64,000 nt of DNA. It comes from Lama guanicoe (taxonomy: Eukaryota). The notes under the pieces are model-generated. The model was not told where the DNA came from. It saw nothing but the letters and a program-made list of their open reading frames with translations, and made no database searches. Positions 23,199 through 35,069 of this stretch are shown one piece after another (position 1 is the stretch's first letter; each line of letters opens with the position of its first letter). Made by a program: the position numbers and the translations under genes. The stretch is from positions 4,000,071 to 4,064,070 of the forward strand of contig MU053810.1 of assembly GCA_013239625.1 (NCBI GenBank), in the 5' to 3' direction.

Positions 23199-24039
23199 TC
23201 TAGGACAAGAAAATAGAACATTGTATTGCTCAGAGTCTAAATTTACTTGGTATGATTTTATGGCTTTTTGATCCTCAAATTTTATCCCTCTCTGTCTTTT
23301 TTTATTGAGGTATAATTTACCAACAATAAAATGCATAGATTTTAAAAGTTAAAAAAAAAAAAGTCTTTGGAGCCAAGTTGGCTGGGGCTCAAATTGATGT
23401 GGTTTACATCATCTCAAAAAGAGAGACATGGACAAATGAAAACGAAACAGCAAGTGAAAAGGAAAGAAGTAGGAAACAATGCAGTGAGTGGAAGAAAAGC
23501 TAAAATAAGAAAACAGTAAATCTATAATTGATATCTTCAGAGAGATAAGAAAAGATCAAGATCTTGGAGAAGGGATTGCTATTTTTAAAAAGAACTCTTG
23601 TGAATTAAAAATAGCACTGCTCAAGTTAAATATTCAGTAGAAGTTTGGAAGATAAAGTGGAGGAAATCTCTCAAAGTGGAACAAGAAGACATAGAATGGA
23701 AAATAGGGACAAAATAAGAAAATGAGACTAATCTTGGAAGCCCAATATTTGACTAATAGGTTTTCAAGAGATAGAACAAAGACAGTGGTTGAGAAGAAAG
23801 ATGCAGAAGGCAAATTGCTTAACAAGTGTGAATATCTTTGGTAAGGACTGACACTGTGTTGAATAGGTTTGGGATAGACCAGTGAGAGGAACACAGAAAA
23901 CTAAGCAATGGAAGGGAAGACAATTACTCCCTAAAATACTTTTAGGGAGAACAAAAAGTTGTACAAAAAAGGAAATATAACTAAAACCCATTAAGTGTGT
24001 ATACTCAACTGTGAAAGATAATCACATTATCATAAAATG

Positions 24040-24076
24040 GCACTGGCAGTAGAGTGGTGAGCATAGCTGCCTTCCA
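24040..24076 (+). pseudogene. Tailless 5'-half tRNA-Gly(TCC) retropseudogene
   Basis: GCACTGGCAGTAGAGTGGTGAGCATAGCTGCCTTCCA matches the first 37 nt of tRNA-Gly-TCC as recalled (last 24 nt identical) and ends in the anticodon loop. Flanked by a 13-bp imperfect TSD at 24027-24039 and 24077-24089. Confidence 0.85.
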
Positions 24077-24560
24077 TAATCATAAAACATACACCCTGAA
24101 AACTAATTTAGCAAAAATGAAATATATTGAGAAGGGAGAGGAAGAGTGTGTATGTGTGGGAGGGGAGAAGAGAGTTAAATTCTTCCATAATAGAAAATTA
24201 ATCTATAATATCTAAAAATCAAGAAGTATTTTAATATTTCTATTAAATATAACTATATCATGTGTATGTATATTAATACAGATTACATTTATATTAATTA
24301 AAAATTCACATGACCATAATCATATAAGCACATTATTTTAAAATATGGAGGCAAATGCCAGAATGAAGTTTAAAGGATTGACACTAGTTACCTCTGGGGA
24401 AGGGGAAGGTTGTGGCAGGGGACTCATTGTTTTTCATTTGAAACTGTGTTGAACTATTTGATTAAAATATATATGTGTGTATGTAATAATGACAATTACT
24501 TTAATAAATTACATATTCTTGCAAGTTCTATGTCCAAGATTTTAGCTCAGTGCTGTTCTT

Positions 24561-25120
24561 TTTTTTTTTTAATTGAAGTATAGTTGATTTACAATATTGT
24601 GTTAGTTTCAGGTATATAGCAAAGTGATTCAGTTATATATCTTTTGGGGGGGTTATTTTCCATTATAATTACTACAAGATACCGAATATAGTTCCCTGTG
24701 TTATACAGTAAATCCTTACTGCTTGTCTATCTTTTGTATAATAGTGTGTATCTGTTAATCTCATACTCCTAATTTATCTCTCCCCGACTCCTTTTCCCCT
24801 TTGGTAATCATTAATTTGTTTTCTATGTCTATGAGTCTGTTTCTGTTGTGCATTGGTTCATTTGTATTATTTTTAAGATTCCACATGAAAGTGATATCAT
24901 ATAATATCTGTCTTTTTTCTATCTGACTTACTTAGTATGATATTTTCTGGATCCATCCATGTTACTGCAAATGGCATTATTTCATTTTTTATGGCTGAGT
25001 AATAATCCATTGCATATATATATATATATATGTGTGTGTGTATATCATAGCTTCTTAAACCAGTCTGCTGCTGGTGGGCATTTGGGTTTTTTCCATGTCT
25101 TGTCTATTGCAGATAGTGCT
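24561..25120 (-). mobile_element. L1 3' end, older subfamily
   Basis: T-tract, TTGAAGTATAGTTGATTTACAATATTG start, GATTCCACATG...GTGATATCAT core. TSD at 24547-24560 and 25121-25134. Confidence 0.88.
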
Positions 25121-27137
25121 TCAGCACTGTTCTTGATGCTATGGTACAATAATGAAGTCCATAATTCTTGTACTAGTGTGTAATACCTTAAGTGGCATAA
25201 ATGAGAGATGGGTGTGTGATGGAGGCGGGGAGGAGTGAATACAGTTATGTTCAGTCTATATTTAAGTGAAGCTAGTTTTATGTCTTTTCTACATAGATTG
25301 GAAAACAAGCTCAGGGCATAAGAGTAGCTGAAAGTTACAGGAGAAATGGAAAAGAAAGGAGACTAGAGTCTCCAGCTGGTTGTTAATTCCATGATATAGT
25401 AAGTAAGTTCCTGTAGTGGTAGAAACTGGTTAATCACTGAGGCATCCATCATGGTTGGAAAATTCATACCTCCTCAACACAGACTTTGCATTCAGATAAG
25501 CAGAGGGTTGCAGTGCACCACTGGGATGTAAACTAAGATATTGTCTCCCCTTAAGGAATTAATAGTCTAGTGGAACATAAAATAATAGAGAAGATTCAAA
25601 CTCAAATGTATTAATTTTTTTTGTAGTTAAATAAGCTCACCCTTGAAGTTCAGCAAAGTGAAAAATTAGAAGGTTTGAGTTGTCAAAAGAGCTTCACGAA
25701 GGAGTCAGGACTCAGTGGACTTTGAAGGGAGGAAGGATTAGAATTGCAAAGGAGAGAGGAGGCGGCATTTCTGGGACCACAGCTGTGAACACACAGAGGT
25801 GGTAGTGAACATGGTGTATTTAGATCAGTGTTAAAAAAAAATAAGAAAGGCTGATAGTGTCGAGTTCTGTGGAGCGAGCACTGGAGCAAGTATTAAAGAG
25901 GTACAAGGGAGCTACATTATAGAAGATACCAAAAGTCAGAAAGAAGAGTTTGGATTTGATGTATTAAAGATGGTAGTCTCCAGAACAAGGGAGTGGCCGT
26001 CGCCTTCTCCTTTTCTACAGAGCTGTTGTTAAACATTTACCAGCTTACCACTGAGCAGTGGTAAATAATCTTTTTTAAGGAACATGAATTTTGCAGCTTG
26101 AGATTAGAATAAAAATGAAAATAAAACATTAAGATGCTTATAACATTCATGTCCATTTCAGTGCTCTCGAATGCTGTAAATCTCAGGGATGCATTTCTTT
26201 GGTTGGGATGCTTGCAGTTAAATCAATTCTAATTAATGCAAGATGTACCTTAATACTTAAGAATGACCCAAATTTCATAATGTGTCTCTGGTTTGTTAAT
26301 AAGTAAGGACTAGTAATAAGTAAATATAGACACTTTCTAGCCAAGTCTCTGGGGTATCCAGAATCTAGAAATGGGGGAAATGTATAGCTGTATAAATACA
26401 GATTTTTGTCAAATGAAATACACCTATAAACTTTTTTTGTAGAAAGCATGAGAAAAATTTAACTAGGTTGGTATTAGTGAAAAAAGTAATATACAGCAAC
26501 AGTGACTAAGTCCCTTTTACACTGTGGGTTTTTTTTTTTTTGGATTTGAAATAATTCTTAGTAAGAAATTCTTTCCAGCAATTTGTGTTAAAGCCATTTT
26601 GAGCTGTAAGCTTATTTTGAAAAATAAATTAATGTTAATTTAAAATAGAGAATGAGTTAAAGATGTTGGCTTGAATTTAAAAAAAAAACAATTTGAGCCA
26701 GCATACAGTTCTGTTAGGTACCAATAGTTTATTCCTGTTTGTCTTTTCAAATTCACTAAATTAAATTTGGGAGGGAAGGATTCTTTTAATTCACTTTGTA
26801 TACTTGATTAAGTTTCCTTTAAGTTTCGCCATGTTAACATTTAAACATAATGCAGGAATGGATTTTGGAGGAAGAGAAATTGCAGCATGATGAAAGTTAA
26901 CTGACACAGTTTTCTCCTTTATGCCCAAGTTGTGTTGTGATCCTGTGGAGTAAAGAAAAATATATTAGAGAAGTTTATCCTTATGAGAAGTATTATATTT
27001 GAGCAGTCTATTCCTCGACTTAAAGAACTATTCAATTTATGCCCAAGTTTCTTGTGGCCTAGACAATATATTCTATCTTTTAATTTCCTCCCTTGATGTT
27101 TTTTAAGAGTTACTATTAGACTTCAGGGTGTTTTTTT

Positions 27138-27160
27138 GTTGTTGTTGTTGTTGTTGTTGT
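27138..27160. repeat. (GTT)n microsatellite
   Basis: Seen directly. Confidence 0.9.
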
Positions 27161-27346
27161 TAAACCAAGACCTTTCCTTATGCTAGTGATTATTTTTTTT
27201 TAATTCTCTTTAAATAATGGTAAGGTTTATTTTCAAATGAGTTAGATTTTTCAAGTTGAAAATAATCCATTTCCAAAGATATCACTGAACCAAGTCTGAC
27301 ATCTGAAATTTCCTTTCAATTTGTTCTTGGCATTGTTGGCTCTTAG

Positions 27347-27502
27347 GCATTCCCTGGGTTTATTAGACCATGTGAAGCTCTTATGACTCTCAGTTGATAT
27401 AATAAAACCCGTTCATATAAATTTCTGTTATTGTTCTGCGTGTTTGCTGATTTGACCCACTTGAGTCATTCTGATCTAGATTTAACAGATTATATTTTGA
27501 AA
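27347..27502 (+). pseudogene. Cryptic gene exon E10 (phase 1->1, 156 nt)
   Basis: ggctcttag|...gaaa|gtaaga; GIPWVY*TM*SSYDSQLI**NPFI*ISVIVLRVC*FDPLESF*SRFNRLYFE. Confidence 0.45.
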
Positions 27503-28839
27503 GTAAGAAACTAAATGATCCTGTGTAGTTATGTCAGAGTATTTAAGCATCTGGATTTACTTTCAGTCTAGATTAAAGATCTCTGGGAAATGGGACTCAA
27601 CACTTTTTGCATTTGCCTTTGAGAGGTAACGTAACTGACTTATACATGAAAGTGGAGTTTCAGGCCGAATGGGATCTAGTGAGATTTCAGCTACTCTAGT
27701 AAACAAAATAGAAATGAAGGACAGACATTGTGGATCATACCTCTTACTAGATCATGAAAATGTATCACTGATCTGTTTAGGTAAGAGCTCAGTTTGCACC
27801 TTTAAGCATGACTTGAAGAGTCTACTTCAAGAATCCAGATAGTTCTTTGACCTGGCTAACCCAGAGTAAATACATATTTGTTAAATAAATGGTAGGTAAG
27901 AAAATCATAATCTAGAAAAATAATCTATGATTTCAAACTAACCTTATATTTTTACTTGAAATCTTCTACTTTTCTAAATGTAAAATTTAAGTAACAATCT
28001 GTGTTATTTTATTCTTGGATTTACCCAAGTAAAATTAAGGGCTTTATCTGCAGTCTATTTTTGCATCGTGATAATTTATCCATTAGAAGCAATTTTGACA
28101 TCTTAAAGATAAAGCAGCATCTTCTGCCGAGAAGTCCCAGAATAGAATCAGCACATTAATAAGCCTGCCCCTCGTCCACCTGAAATCAATCAACTGAGTA
28201 ATATTTGTCAGTTATTCACAGGTTATGCCTGTATTTATATTTCTTTTCCGAGTCTTTTAATTTGACTAACTGCTGGCTACTGACTGCATTAGGTTTTGTT
28301 GGTAGACCAAAAAGGTAGGGAGCTTACCAAAATGACAAACAATGACAAATACTTAAATTCCCAAAGCAGATTCTTTAAAAAAAAATACCTTTTGTATGAA
28401 TTTTAAAGAAATTCTAATTGATTTTATGACTAATTAACAATCAAATCTATCACCAAAACAGCTACTACTGCTTGCTTGATTTTAACTAATAGATATCAGT
28501 CAACTGATGATTGTTAGTATAAACATGATTACTCTATGGGGTATATTATTTGGCTAATATATTATGGATATTATTGCAGGATTTTGCATTTAATTGTCAG
28601 TCAAGTAAAAAGGAAAAATAAGAGTTTTTCACAAAATGCCCATGGGGGTAAGGTGGGAGTAGAGTGAATTTTCTTTTTGCTTTGAACACAGCAGAGATAA
28701 AGATTAATAGACATGTTTACCTGCATCAGTTGCCAACTAGTTGCCATCCAGATGAATACATGACAATATATTTGTTGTGCTCCAGCACTCTGGTTTTTGT
28801 GAAGCTCATTTATATCTGAAAATTTAAGGAAAATTTTAT

Positions 28840-29270
28840 TCATTCATTTATTCAACAGATCTTTATGTAGTGAGGAATTAGATGAGGTTGGAGATAGGGG
28901 CTGGGGCCAGGCCATGTAGGGTCTATTTTAAGCCATGGTGTTTGGACTTTTTTGCAAGCAAATTGGGCAATAGTTGAAGGATTTTAAACAGGAGAGTAAA
29001 CAAAAGTTTGATTTGCTGTCTAAAAATACCTGTGCTGAGTAGAATAAACGGTAGTTAAGGCAAGAATGAAGGGGCCATCCATGAATGACTGAAAAATTGT
29101 GCTGAACACTGGAATTTGACACAACATTGTAAAATGATTATAAATCAATAAAAAATGTTAAAAAAAAAGAATGAAGGGGCTGTTACAATAGTAAAGGCAA
29201 GAAAGGCTGGCAGCATGAAACTGATAGTGGAGTGAACAGAGTATTTGAACTCCACCTAATATCTGAACAC
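28840..29270. mobile_element. L2 fragment hosting the short L1 insertion
   Basis: GGGGCCAGGCCATGTAGGG...TTTGGACTTT...GAAGGATTTTAAACAGGAGAGT motifs. Confidence 0.65.
29076..29166 (+). mobile_element. Extremely 5'-truncated young L1 3' end
   Basis: Same 3' end as the 5351 copy (ACACTGGAATTTGACACAACATTGTAA). Perfect 14-bp TSD AAGAATGAAGGGGC at 29062-29075 and 29167-29180. Confidence 0.93.
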
Positions 29271-29564
29271 TTTTTTCTTAGATGAGAGATGATCTTTACC
29301 CTCTTTTTATTTTTCACCTGAAGTTTTGGACGAGAGCTACACATCACTGCCATCTCATCCACTCGATAGTAAGACCTAGAACAGAAATATACTACTGGGT
29401 ATGCAAAACAGATAACAGACAACAGGACATATAGACTTATTAAATATTAACTTTTAATAGTTCTAAGTGAGTAATTTTCAATGGACAGAGCAAGGAAACG
29501 CTTTCTCTGTGTTAAATAACTTAAGATAATAGTTGGTGAGAACACAGTTCCTGTATCGCTGTAG

Positions 29565-29820
29565 TTAATTGCCTACTGAGTGGAGACGCATCGTGCAAGG
29601 AGGTCCTATAGGGTATGAAACTGCCAGGAACAAATGTTGAGGTTGCTTTAGCTTTGGCCCTATACTCCAGCGACATCACCAAATGATTTATAATTCTGAT
29701 ATAAGAGTTCTGAAAAGTCTTGGTGGAGCATTTTGATTTGGACATTTCAGACAATGACTTAGTGAGGTCAGTGTGGCTGAGGAAAGATGTCATCACTTCT
29801 TTTTCTGGCATTCCGACTGA
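29565..29820 (+). pseudogene. Cryptic gene exon E11 (phase 1->2)
   Basis: tcgctgtag|...ctga|gtgtgt; NCLLSGDASCKEVL*GMKLPGTNVEVALALALYSSDITK*FIILI*EF*KVLVEHFDLDISDNDLVRSVWLRKDVITSFSGIPT. Confidence 0.55.
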
Positions 29821-30274
29821 GTGTGTAGCACTCTGTTTAAGTCAGCATGCTTTTCATCTGTTTGAGGAGATGATACACATGTGGAACAATGAACAAAATA
29901 GCTTGAACACTGAGCATCACAGTATGATAAAAAAAAAAGTATAGACTTCCAAAGCAGGCATAATAGTTTGAAATCTTGCTTCTTCCTCCTACCAAATGCA
30001 TGATTTTAGGTAAATTATTAACCTCATCAAATCTCTTAGTTTTACCTTAGGGAAAAAATGGAAATATGGATACCTTTTTTTTTCTTTTCCAGTTTGTTAG
30101 GATTAAATAAAAAGCCTGAATGGAAATTAAGAGAAAAGAAAACTTGAACGATAGTAGGTACTTAAAGTATGTTTTAAGTTTCAAGGAGGGATTTTGAATT
30201 TCAGAGCAAGGAAGGTGTCCTCACATTGAAGGAGTTAGGATAACAGTTGATAAGAAAACAGCATTACCAATGGT

Positions 30275-30397
30275 AGGGAGGGTATAGCTCAAGTGGTAAA
30301 GTGCATGCCTAGCATGCACAAGGTCCTGGGTTCAATCCCCAGTACCTCCTCCAAAACTAAATAAACCTAATTACCCCCCCCCCCAAAAGGAATTAAA
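30275..30397 (+). mobile_element. tRNA-derived SINE, camelid Vic-1 type
   Basis: GGGAGGGTATAGCTCAAGTGG (A box), GGTTCAATCCCC (B box), tail AAACCTAATTACC. Direct repeat AAGAAAACAGCAT at 30252-30264 and 30398-30410. Confidence 0.9.
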
Positions 30398-31460
30398 AAG
30401 AAAACAGCATCCCCATATGTTCTGAGTGTCTCCAGGTTGGAGATGAGCCACGCAAAGGTTGGAAGCTTTTGCATTATTGAATAATCAGAGACGAGGAATG
30501 CAGAAAATGTGCAGATTGTAAAGTACAGGCAAATATAAAAGAATTAGAAAGGGAAAGATGAGTATGGGCTTTCAGTAAACTGCAATCTATTTGTCTAGGA
30601 AGGCTGATTACAACGTGGCTAAGCCTGTGGGAGAAGGGGTGTGACAGGAAACTGGAAATATCTATTACCTTTCTCTTCTGCACAGCAATTCTCTTCCCCA
30701 GCCAGGATCCGGGCCAGGAGAGCCAGCCAAACCAGATGATCTTTGTTTCCCTTTTCCTGGTTCAATTTCTGCAGGACTCTGACTCCCAGCCAGAGTAACT
30801 CAAAAGGTCTCTGCTTTCAGCAGCAAGTTCTACTGCCAACTTCTGTCTCCACATCTGCAAAATCAAGGTAGACTTTTCCACTGCCAAAGGCACTGCACAA
30901 AAAGCAGAATGACTTTGATTTCTTAGAAGCAATGATATGTAAGGAAAGTCTGTGTTATGCAAAGAAGTTTAAGGTGTGCTTTATAAAATAAAGAGAACTG
31001 TGAATAGGTGCTTAACCTCAAGCCATTAGGGAGCTCAGAATCTAATCTAAGAAACTATGACTATGTGAAATGAGATTGCCCTGAGATTCAAATGGTAAAA
31101 TCCACCCTTAATGGACTGGTGAAGAGGGGCACTTAACTCTGTGAATTGAAGCTGAGATGTGCTGCATGGAGTTGCTATTAGGAGTAAATTAGAAAATACA
31201 CACAAAGTACCTAGAACTGTACCCTGTGTGCAGTGTGTGCTCAAAAAAATGGGAGCTGCTACTGAGTTCCAGCGGTGTTAACTAATTTGCCTAGTGAGAA
31301 AAATCTCCTGGAGGGATTTGTTGAATTTAAAGATTGCCAAGACCCTCCCAGAAAATTCTGTTTCAATTGGCCTGAACAGGGTGTGGGAAGTGGAATCCCT
31401 ACAGTTCACAAATGTGTCAGAATTCTTTAGATTTCTCAATTTTAGAAAACACCATCTTAG

Positions 31461-32230
31461 TCAAAAGGTACACACTTCCAGGTATAAAATAAAGTCCTGG
31501 GGCTGTCTTGTACGCCATGATGACTGTAGTTAATAACACTCTATTGTATATTTCAAAGTTGCTAAGAGAGGAGATCTTAAAAGTTCTCATTAGAAGAAAA
31601 AAATTTTTGCAACTATGTGTGGTGATGGATGTTAACTAGACCTTGATGGGGTTCAGAGTGCGCCTCCCCAAAATATGCCACTTTGGCACATGGGTTATTT
31701 TGAGATGAAGACAGCCAAGGCCCCAGAGACTTATGAAGAGCTTTTACTCTTGCCCTTAACTGCCTAAAAGAATTTAGATTGGGGCCCCAGCTCAGAGAGA
31801 GAGCTAATACCAGAGATTAACATTTATTGGAATGACCTACGTGTATGGCAGGACAAACACCTTATTATCAGATACCTGCTCTAACTGTCCTGTGAATTAC
31901 CCTCCTCCCCTTTGAGGCTCCAGGACCCTATCTCATTCCTTATCTCAGGACAGCACAGAAGCCTTGACAGCCTGACTTGCCCTTAGGTATCATACACTTT
32001 GGACTCCCATATGTGCATAATTTAATTTGTCTTTTTCCTGCTAACATGTTTTATGTCAACTTAATTATTAGATCAGCCAAAGAACTTAGAAGGGTAGAGG
32101 AAATTTTTTCCTCCCCTACAACTTACGTGTGGTGATCATAAATACCAAATCATTGTGTTGTATACCTGAAACTAATGTTACATGTCATTTATACCTTGAC
32201 TTAAAAAACAAACAAACAAACAAACACACA
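31461..32230 (+). mobile_element. L1MA-type 3' end interrupted by a MER34-like LTR
   Basis: AAAGTTGCTAAGAGAG..GATCTTAAAAGTTCTCA...GATGTTAACTAGAC[LTR]TTAC..TGGTGATCAT...ATACCTGAAACTAAT, then an (AAAC)n tail. Confidence 0.8.
31644..32120 (+). mobile_element. ERV1 solo LTR, MER34A-like
   Basis: TG...CA termini, CCCCAAAATATGCCACTTTGGCA..GGTTATTTTGAG start, TSD ACCT/ACTT. Confidence 0.85.
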
Positions 32231-32809
32231 AAAACTACTTTAAAGCAATGGTCCTTAAGGTTTAGGTGCTTCAGGCTCACCTGAGTACCCCACCCTTAGA
32301 GTCCTGGGTAAGAGGGAAGATTCTGCATATTTATGAGTCTGGGGTAATTCTTATGCTAGTAGTGATGCAAAGTGCCTTTACCCCACTGAAAATAAATGTC
32401 CCCTTAAAGAGATTCATTGATGTCTTGTAGACTATTCCCAAACTTTGGCTCTTGGTCCATATGTCAGAATTATGGGGTGGGAAGTAGAGGGAAGGGAGAA
32501 AGGTGGTGTCTTAAAATTCAGATTTCCAGGCTTATCCTGCTGAGATTTTTAATCAGTAGATCTGGGGTGGGGCCTGAGCATCTGTATAGTCTAAGTTTCT
32601 CAGGCAAGTCTGATGTGCACCCTGATTTGGGACCCATTGACTCTACCTACCCCAGAGCAAAGCAACTTGATTGATACAAATGTGCCTTGGGAAAGAATGT
32701 GCTGACAAGAAACTTGAATTACTTCAGATCCTTCATTCTCTCTGACTCTTTGGATTTCTATTTGTGTTTAGTTTAAAAGAGTGGAAAAGAGTGTAAATTG
32801 CAAAGTGTA

Positions 32810-34123
32810 CAGGCAGACCTCATTTTATTGTGCTTCAAAGATATTGCATACTTTACAAATTGAAGGTTCGTGGCAATGCTGCACAGAGCAAGTCTATTGG
32901 CGTCTTTTCCTCCAACAGCATTTGTTTTCCTTATGTCTCTGTGTCACATTTTGGTGATTCTCAAAATATTTCAAACTTTTTTATTATGATTATGTTTGTT
33001 ATGTGATCTGTGATCAGTAATCTTTGCTGTTACTATTATAGTTGTTTTGGGAGGCCACGGACAGCACCCATATAAGGCGGCAAGCTTAATTGATAAATAC
33101 TGTGTGTGTTCTGACTGCTCCACAGGCTGGCCATTTCCCCACCTCCCTCCCTCTCCTCAGGCCTCCTTTATTCCCTGAGACACAGCAATATTGAAATTAG
33201 GCCAGTTAGTTACCCTACAGTGGCCTCTAAGTGTTCAAATGAAAGGAAGACTCACATGTCTCTCCCACTTTAAATCAGAAGCTTGAAATGATTAAGCTTA
33301 GTGAGGAAGGCATGTTAAAAACTGAGACAGGCCAAAAGCAAGACCTCTTGCATCAAACAATTAGCCAGGTTGTGGATGCAAAAGAGAAGTTCTTGAAGGA
33401 AATTGAAAGTGCTACCCCAGTGAACACGCGAATGATAAGGAAGCACAACAGCCTTAATTGCTGACATGGAGAAAGTTTGAGTCGAGCCTTAAGATGTGAC
33501 TGAACTACTGCAATCTCATGATAAAACCTTAACAGAGGAGGCATTGCTTCTTATGGGTCTGCAAAGAAAGTGCTTTCTTGAGGCGGAAACTACTCTTAGT
33601 GAAGATGCTGTGAAGATGATAGAAATGAAAACCAAGAATGAGAGAATATGACATAAACTGAGCCGATAAAGCAGCAGCAAGGTTTGAGAGCACTGACTCC
33701 AATGTTGGAGAAGCTCTACTGTAGGTAAAGTGCTATTAAACAGCATCGCATACTACAGAGAAATTGTTCATGAAAGAAAAAGTCAGTCGACGTGGCAAAC
33801 TTCATTGTCTTATTTTAAGAAATCTGCACAGCCACTCCAGCCTTCTGATCAAGCAGCGGCCATCAACACTGAGATAAGATTCTCCACCAGCCAAAAGATG
33901 ATGACTTGCAGAAGGGTCTGATGATGGTTAGCATTTTTTAACAATAAAATATTTTAAAATTAAGATTTATACTTTTAAAGGACATTAAACTATTGCATAC
34001 TTAATATGCAAAAGTGTAAATAAACATGACTTTTATATGCATTGGGAAACTAAAACATTTATGTGGCCTGATTTATTGTGGTGATCAGAAACTGTAACCC
34101 ATAATATCTCCAAGATACACCTA
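32810..34123 (+). mobile_element. Tigger1 DNA transposon, internally deleted
   Basis: TA|CAGGCAGACCTCATTTTATTG 5' TIR, AATATCTCCAAGATACACCTA|TA 3' TIR, and transposase-region motifs such as ATGATTAAGCTTAGTGAGGAAGGCATG. Confidence 0.92.
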
Positions 34124-34681
34124 TAATATTTTTATTTGGTAGGTGCACGTTTTAGCTCATATGTGAGATATTTATTAAATTTGAATAATATCTTTAAAAT
34201 GGACATTTCCTGTTTTATTTCAATCATAAATTGTTTTAAAAATAAAGAGCAAATCAAGAAAATAATGATTATTAGTGATTATTGCATGAATATTACTTTT
34301 TGGCATATAGAAGAAGGGGATGTTAAAAATGATCCACACTTTGGTTTGTGTTCAGTCTGAAAAGCTTCCCAGAATTCCCAAAAAAGTCCTCAATACGTAA
34401 ATTGTCATTATTTTGGGAAGAAAAAATGTGTATTTTTGTTACTTTACTATATTATGAAATTTCACTCTAGAAAAACCCATTGGGCTTCTGTTGCTTTGTT
34501 TTCTTTGTTTCTTCTTTCTTGTATTTTAAATTGATTTTTCTTCCTTTTCTTGAAAAAAAGTGTCTTATTTCCAAATCTGGCCCATATTTACAATCTAGTT
34601 CATAGCCAAGCCTTGAATTGTACAGAATTTCCATTGCAATTAAACTAATGTTTAAATAGCCTTCAAAAACATATATACTCA

Positions 34682-34810
34682 GGGGGAGGGTATAGCTCAA
34701 GTGGTACAGTGCATGCTTAGCATGAATGAGGTCCTGGGTTCAATCCCCAGTACCTCCTCTAAAAATAAATAAATAAATAAACCTAATTACCTCCCTCCCC
34801 ATGCCCCCCC

Positions 34811-34846
<36 letters not shown>

Positions 34847-34850
34847 GTAT
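34682..34850 (+). mobile_element. tRNA-derived SINE, Vic-1 type, with (AT)n tail
   Basis: Same head and body as the 30275 copy. The tail has become an (AT)n microsatellite at 34811-34836. Confidence 0.9.
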
Positions 34851-35069
34851 TACTCCATTGCACTGTCAACTGCATCACACATGGTGAATGTATGGTTCTG
34901 CATATTAAAATAAAAATGGTAAATGCATTTAAACCTCTAAAAAAAATGAGCCACTTAGTTCAATATGCTATATGTATTATATATGTCACTTGTTCCTTAA
35001 AATATCACTGTTGGTTTTACCTAAAATAGAACAAGTTAATCAGGATAGAGAGAAAATAGATTTTTATAG

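Noticed and set aside
30275..30350. tRNA-like sequences at 30275, 34682 and 35770-35848
   Set aside because: These are SINE heads with the shared SINE body and tail, not tRNA genes.
33353..33921. Short ORFs in Tigger1
   Set aside because: Decayed transposase fragments or their antisense; no intact transposase.
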